This document shows positions 59,339 through 64,000 of a DNA stretch of 64,000 bases, piece after piece. Numbering within the stretch: the first letter of the stretch is position 1; each line of letters starts with the position of its first letter. This DNA is from Acidovorax sp. (GTDB lineage: Bacteria; Pseudomonadota; Gammaproteobacteria; Burkholderiales; Burkholderiaceae_C): NCBI RefSeq assembly GCF_016783915.1, contig NZ_JADHVT010000005.1, forward strand, positions 8,315-72,314. Direction: 5' to 3'. The translations under genes were made by a program, and so were the position numbers. The notes beneath the pieces are model-generated. The model did no database searches, was not told the origin of the DNA, and worked only from the letters and a program-made list of their open reading frames with translations.

Positions 59339-60120
59339 GCCTCCTCAAAGTCACCGGTCTGGGCAAATCGTTTGGCGGCGTCAAGGCGGTGGATGGCATC
59401 CACTTCGAACTGGCGGCTGGCGAGCTGCTGGCACTCATCGGCCCCAACGGCGCGGGCAAGTCCACCACGTTCAACATGGTCAACGGCCAGCTGCCTGCCG
59501 ATGCAGGCTCCATCCAGCTCAACGGCCAGGAGCTGGTGGGCCGCAAGCCCCGCGACATCTGGCGCATGGGGGTGGGCCGCACCTTTCAGATCGCCGAAAC
59601 CTTTGCATCGCTGACGGTGGTGGAGAACGTGCAGATGGCACTGATCTCCAACGACGGTCTGCTGTTCTCCCTATGGCGCAGGGCTGCCGACCACAAACGC
59701 GAAGAAGCCCTGGCGTTGCTCGACCAGGTGGGCATGAAGTCGCAGGCCGACCGGCCCTGTAGCGTGCTCGCTTATGGCGATGTGAAGCGCGTGGAGCTGG
59801 CGATTGCCATGGCCAATTCTCCCAAGCTGCTGCTCATGGACGAACCCACCGCCGGCATGGCGCCCAAGGAACGCAACGAACTCATGGCGCTGACCAAGCA
59901 GCTGGTGATCGACCGCAACATGGCCGTGCTCTTCACCGAGCACAGCATGGACGTGGTGTTTGCCTATGCCGACCGCATGATCGTGCTGGCGCGCGGGCGG
60001 CTGATTGCCGAGGGCAAGCCGCTGGAGCTGCGCGACCACCCCAAGGTGCAGGAGGTCTACTTCGGCACTGGCAAGACCTTCGAGAAGAAAACGGCAGCCG
60101 CTGCTGCTGAGGCCGCATGA
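59335..60120 (+). CDS. ABC ATP-binding protein (LivG-like)
   Basis: GPNGAGKST, LAYGD-x-KR-x-E and LLMDEP. Confidence 0.93.
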   Translation: MSLLKVTGLGKSFGGVKAVDGIHFELAAGELLALIGPNGAGKSTTFNMVNGQLPADAGSIQLNGQELVGRKPRDIWRMGVGRTFQIAETFASLTVVENVQMALISNDGLLFSLWRRAADHKREEALALLDQVGMKSQADRPCSVLAYGDVKRVELAIAMANSPKLLLMDEPTAGMAPKERNELMALTKQLVIDRNMAVLFTEHSMDVVFAYADRMIVLARGRLIAEGKPLELRDHPKVQEVYFGTGKTFEKKTAAAAAEAA

Positions 60121-60869
60121 GCATGACGACGACCAACGAACCCAAAGAACTGCTGCTGCAGGCCAAAGGGCTGCAGGCCTGGTATGGCGCGGCACAAATC
60201 CTGTATGACGTGGACTTGGACGTTCGCCGTGGCGAAGTCGTGGCCCTGATGGGCCGCAACGGCGCAGGCAAATCCACCACGCTGAAGACGCTGATGGGCA
60301 TGCTGGCCAAACGCAAGGGCAGCATCCAGTTCATGGGCCGCGACATCTCCAAAACCGACCCGCACGACGCCGCGCGCCTGGGCCTGGGCTTTGTGCCCGA
60401 AGACCGCCGCGTGTTCACCGACCTCACGGTGATGGAGAACCTGGAGGTGGGCCGTCAGCCCGCCCGCACCTGGCCCGACGGCACCGCTGCGCCTGTGTGG
60501 ACGCCCGAGCGCCTGTTCAAGCTCTTCCCCAACCTGGGCGAGATGCCCCAGCGCCCTGGCGGTCGCATGAGCGGTGGCGAGCAGCAGATGCTCACCGTGG
60601 CCCGCACGCTCATGGGCAACCCCTATCTGGTGCTGCTGGATGAGCCCTCCGAAGGCGTGGCCCCGGTGATCGTGGAGCAGATGGCGCACATGATCCTGGA
60701 GCTGAAGGAGCAGGGCGTGAGCATCCTGCTGTCCGAGCAGAACATGCACTTTGCCGAGCTGGTGTCCGACCGCGCCTATGTGCTCGAAAAGGGCCAGATC
60801 CGCTACCAGGCCAGCATGGAAGAGCTGGCCGCCAACGAAGAGGTGCGGCGCGCTTACCTGAGCGTCTGA
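60117..60869 (+). CDS. ABC ATP-binding protein (LivF-like)
   Basis: GRNGAGKST, MSGGEQQM and LLDEPSEG. Confidence 0.93.
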   Translation: MSMTTTNEPKELLLQAKGLQAWYGAAQILYDVDLDVRRGEVVALMGRNGAGKSTTLKTLMGMLAKRKGSIQFMGRDISKTDPHDAARLGLGFVPEDRRVFTDLTVMENLEVGRQPARTWPDGTAAPVWTPERLFKLFPNLGEMPQRPGGRMSGGEQQMLTVARTLMGNPYLVLLDEPSEGVAPVIVEQMAHMILELKEQGVSILLSEQNMHFAELVSDRAYVLEKGQIRYQASMEELAANEEVRRAYLSV

Positions 60870-60999
60870 ACCCACTGCCGACGCGCGCGTGTGGTGTGTG
60901 GCCCACGTGTGCCGTTGGTTACAAAAAACACCTCTACAAGCACTTGCACGATGTTTGCCCTCGCACGGAAACTTTGGCCTTTGATGTAAGGAGCGCTAC

Positions 61000-62172
61000 A
61001 TGAAGTGTCAAGGAGTGGAGGATGGATGCATCGACCGCCGCAGCGCCATGGTGGGCCTGGCGGCGGCAGGGATGGCCTGGGCAGGCCCGGCTGCTGCCGA
61101 GACCGGTGTGACGGACACCCGCATCAAAGTGGGGCAGTCGGCGGTGTTCACCGGCCCGGCCAAGGATTTTGGGGTGGACTACAAGGCCGGCATTGCGCTG
61201 GCGTTCGACAAGGTCAACAAGACCGGTGGCGTGCAGGGGCGCACGCTGGAGCTGGTGTCGCACGACGACGCCTACGAGCCCAAGAAGACGGCAGAGAACA
61301 CGGCCAAGCTCATTGACGAAGACAAGGTATTCGCCCTGATCGGCTACGTGGCCACCGGCAACCTGATCGCCGCCATGCCCCTGGCTGAAAAGGCCGGTGT
61401 ACCCATGTTCGCGCCACTCGTCGGCACCACCTCGTTTCGCACCACCCACAACCGCTACCTGTTCCATGTGCGCGCCAGCTACGAGACCGAGCTGCGCAAG
61501 ATCGTGGGCCACCTCGCCACGCTGGGCATCAACAACATCGCCGTCATCTACCAGAACAGCGCGTTTGGCAAATCCAACCTCGACACCTGCCTGCAGATCG
61601 CCCAGAGCCTGAAGGTCAAGGTGGTCGATTCCGTGCCCATGGAAATCGCCGCCACCGACGCCAAGCCCCAGGTGGCGCAGCTCACCAAGGCCCAGCCGGG
61701 CGCGGTGGTGATGATCATGGCGGGCAAGATGGTGGAGGTGTTCCTGCGCGACTACCGGGCGGCGGGTGCCGCGTCGCCGCTGTACACCATCTCGGTGGGC
61801 ATCACCGATGCACCGGGGTCTGCCCAGCGCCTGAACGGCGGCATCGAAGGACTGGTCACGGCCAGCATCGTGCCCTCGCCGCAGGCCAGCCGCCTTGCCA
61901 TCGTGGCCGACTACCGCAAGGACCGCGCGGACGCGGGCGAAAAGATCGACAGCTACACCATGCTCGAGGGCTACATCGCCGCGCGCGTGTTTGTGGAGGG
62001 CCTCAAGCGCGCAGGCAAAGCGCTCACGCGCGAAGGCTTCATCAAGGCCATGGAAGACATGGGCACCACCAAGATCGGCGACTTTCCGCTGGTGTACGGC
62101 CCGGGCAACCACAATGGGTCCAACTTTGTGGACCTGGAGATGTACACGCGCAGCGGGTCGCTGCGACGTTGA
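61000..62172 (+). CDS. Second periplasmic binding protein (LivK-like fold), probable Tat signal
   Basis: DRRSAM..WAGPAAA signal, IKVGQSA..TGP and HDDAYEP. Exact start uncertain. Confidence 0.85.
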   Translation: MKCQGVEDGCIDRRSAMVGLAAAGMAWAGPAAAETGVTDTRIKVGQSAVFTGPAKDFGVDYKAGIALAFDKVNKTGGVQGRTLELVSHDDAYEPKKTAENTAKLIDEDKVFALIGYVATGNLIAAMPLAEKAGVPMFAPLVGTTSFRTTHNRYLFHVRASYETELRKIVGHLATLGINNIAVIYQNSAFGKSNLDTCLQIAQSLKVKVVDSVPMEIAATDAKPQVAQLTKAQPGAVVMIMAGKMVEVFLRDYRAAGAASPLYTISVGITDAPGSAQRLNGGIEGLVTASIVPSPQASRLAIVADYRKDRADAGEKIDSYTMLEGYIAARVFVEGLKRAGKALTREGFIKAMEDMGTTKIGDFPLVYGPGNHNGSNFVDLEMYTRSGSLRR

Positions 62173-62193
62173 CTGAGAACAACCCACCGAGAC

Positions 62194-62700
62194 ATGCACG
62201 CGCCCGCTTCACTCTCCCTGGTCGTCGTCAATGGCCAGCCGTTTGCCCTGCCGCAGAGCACCTTGGCCAGCGCCACGCTGCTGCACGTGCTGCGTAACGA
62301 CCTGTCGCTCAACGGGCCCAAGTACGGCTGTGGCCTGGGGCAGTGTGGTGCCTGCACGGTGCTGGTGGATGGCATTGCCGCGCGGGCTTGCGTGATCCCG
62401 GCGCAGGGCGTGGCAGGCCGCGAGGTGACCACGCTGGAAGGGCTGCCCGGGCGCTGCAGCTGCACCGCAGGACTTCACCCGGTGCAGCAGGCCTTTGTGG
62501 ATGAGCAGGCCGCGCAGTGCGGCTATTGCCTGAGCGGCATGGTGATGATGGCCGTGGCCTTGCTGGAGCGCAATCCTGACCCCGACGAAGCCGCCGTGCG
62601 CCGCGAGCTGTCGGGCAACCTGTGCCGCTGCGGCACGCATGTCGAAATCATCCGCGCCGTGCTGCGTGCGGCGGTGCTGATGCGCGAGGCCCAGGCATGA
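62194..62700 (+). CDS. Nicotinate dehydrogenase small 2x[2Fe-2S] subunit (NicA-like)
   Basis: KYGCGLGQCGACTV, QCGYC and NLCRCG. Confidence 0.88.
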   Translation: MHAPASLSLVVVNGQPFALPQSTLASATLLHVLRNDLSLNGPKYGCGLGQCGACTVLVDGIAARACVIPAQGVAGREVTTLEGLPGRCSCTAGLHPVQQAFVDEQAAQCGYCLSGMVMMAVALLERNPDPDEAAVRRELSGNLCRCGTHVEIIRAVLRAAVLMREAQA

Positions 62701-64000
62701 GCGCCACACCTGACAACGCCGCACCCCTGCGCGCCCACAGCCCGCTCACCCGCGCCGACTTCCATGCCGCCCAGGGCGTGCTGCTGGTGGTGCGCAACCC
62801 GCCCCCCGCACCACCGCCCGTCAAGGGCCAGCCCGCGCTCGTGGCGGGCAACCCCGCCGAGGGCGTGGAGATACTGATCGCCGTGTGGGACGACGGCAGC
62901 GTGACTGCGCTGAGCGGCCATGTGGACCTGGGCACCGGCATCCGCACCGCACTCGCGCAGATCGTGGCCGAAGAGCTGGATGTGCCCTTGGCCCAAGTGA
63001 ACATGGTGCTGGGCGACACCACACGCGCGCCCAACCAGGGCGCCACCATTGCGAGCGCGTCCATCCAGATCCACGCAAAACCCTTGCGCACCGCTGCCGC
63101 GCAGGCGCGCCACTGGCTGGTGGCGCAGGCCGCAGAGCGGCTGGGCGTGCCAGTGGATCAGTTGCAGGTGCGTGCGGGGGTGGTGCAGGTCATTGCAGAC
63201 CCGTCGCGGCAAGTGGCTTACAGCGCGCTGCTGGCAGGCGCGCACACCACGCTGGAGCTGGTGGACGCCACGCCCACCAAGGCCGCCGCCGATTACACCG
63301 TGGTCGGCCAGTCCGTGCCGCGCGTGGACATCCCCGCCAAGGTCAGTGGCGAGCTGGTCTTTGTGCACGACATGCGCGTGCCCGGCATGCTGCACGGCCG
63401 CGTGGTGCGCCCGCCGTATGCGGGGGCGGACCATGGCGACTTCATCGGCAACACGCTCGAATCGGTGGACCAGCAGTCCATCGCCCACATCCCCGGCATC
63501 CGCGCCGTGGTGGTGATCCGCGACTTTGTGGGCATCGTCGCCGAGCGCGAGGAGCAGGCCGAGCAGGCCCTGCGCGATTTGAAAGTGCGCTGGAAGGACT
63601 GGCCCGGCTTCCCGCGCCAGGACAGTACCGAGGCGCTGGAACAAGCCATCCGTGCCAACCCCGCCACGCAGCGCCGCCTGGTGGACGAGGGCGATGTGGA
63701 GGGCGCCCTGGCCGCGCTGTCTGCTGACGGCCAGCCCATGCCGCGCACCTATGTGTGGCCGTACCAGATGCATGGCTCCATCGGCCCATCGTGCGCGGTG
63801 GCCGAATGGCGCAGTGATGACAGCACGGGCCGCCCGCGCATGACGGTGTGGGCAGGCACGCAAAACCCCCATGTGCTGCGCGCCGACCTGGCCCGCCTCA
63901 TGGGCCTGGCCGATGTGGACATCGACCTCATCCGCATGGAGGCCGCAGGCTGCTATGGCCGCAACGGTGCCGACGATGTAGCGGCCGATGCCGCGCTGCT
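62697..64000 (+). CDS. Nicotinate dehydrogenase molybdopterin subunit (NicB-like), truncated by window end
   Basis: ATGA overlap with nicA. Reads MSATPDNAA..GHVDLGTGIRTALAQIVAEELDV..PNQGATIAS..RVDIPAKVSG..PYQMHGSIGPSCAVA..AGCYGRNG. Absent from the ORF track because it has no stop in the window. Confidence 0.85.
   Translation, partial: MSATPDNAAPLRAHSPLTRADFHAAQGVLLVVRNPPPAPPPVKGQPALVAGNPAEGVEILIAVWDDGSVTALSGHVDLGTGIRTALAQIVAEELDVPLAQVNMVLGDTTRAPNQGATIASASIQIHAKPLRTAAAQARHWLVAQAAERLGVPVDQLQVRAGVVQVIADPSRQVAYSALLAGAHTTLELVDATPTKAAADYTVVGQSVPRVDIPAKVSGELVFVHDMRVPGMLHGRVVRPPYAGADHGDFIGNTLESVDQQSIAHIPGIRAVVVIRDFVGIVAEREEQAEQALRDLKVRWKDWPGFPRQDSTEALEQAIRANPATQRRLVDEGDVEGALAALSADGQPMPRTYVWPYQMHGSIGPSCAVAEWRSDDSTGRPRMTVWAGTQNPHVLRADLARLMGLADVDIDLIRMEAAGCYGRNGADDVAADAAL

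Overview
High-GC betaproteobacterial chromosome segment. Gene content and repeat types point to Comamonadaceae, Acidovorax-like (inference). It carries about 56 protein genes. No rRNA, tRNA, CRISPR array or transposase was seen. The left three quarters is mostly housekeeping and accessory metabolism: dadA, pckG, queC, threonine dehydratase, recQ, ttcA, trhP, gdhA, ppk2 and aroK. It also holds a NorR/sigma54-controlled qNor plus hemerythrin module, and a methionine synthase split into two genes about 14.5 kb apart, with an SAH riboswitch in front of the B12 half. The right quarter (48.4 kb to the window end) is a nicotinate-catabolism island. It combines an aerobic-type NicAB molybdo-hydroxylase with the anaerobic-type 6-hydroxynicotinate reductase and enamidase. 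It also encodes an ApbE-like UPF0280 protein, two DUF1185 paralogues, an ABC importer, a TetR regulator, and a ferredoxin plus ferredoxin-NADP reductase pair. The ferredoxin gene is interrupted in frame by a 271-bp highly self-complementary MITE and also has a +1 frameshift. A degenerate ~62-bp palindromic repeat occurs at least 8 times. Three copies contribute protein sequence (inside DadA, the NorR C-terminus, and inside a glycine-zipper protein). All family calls come from motif and sequence recognition by eye; no database search was run.
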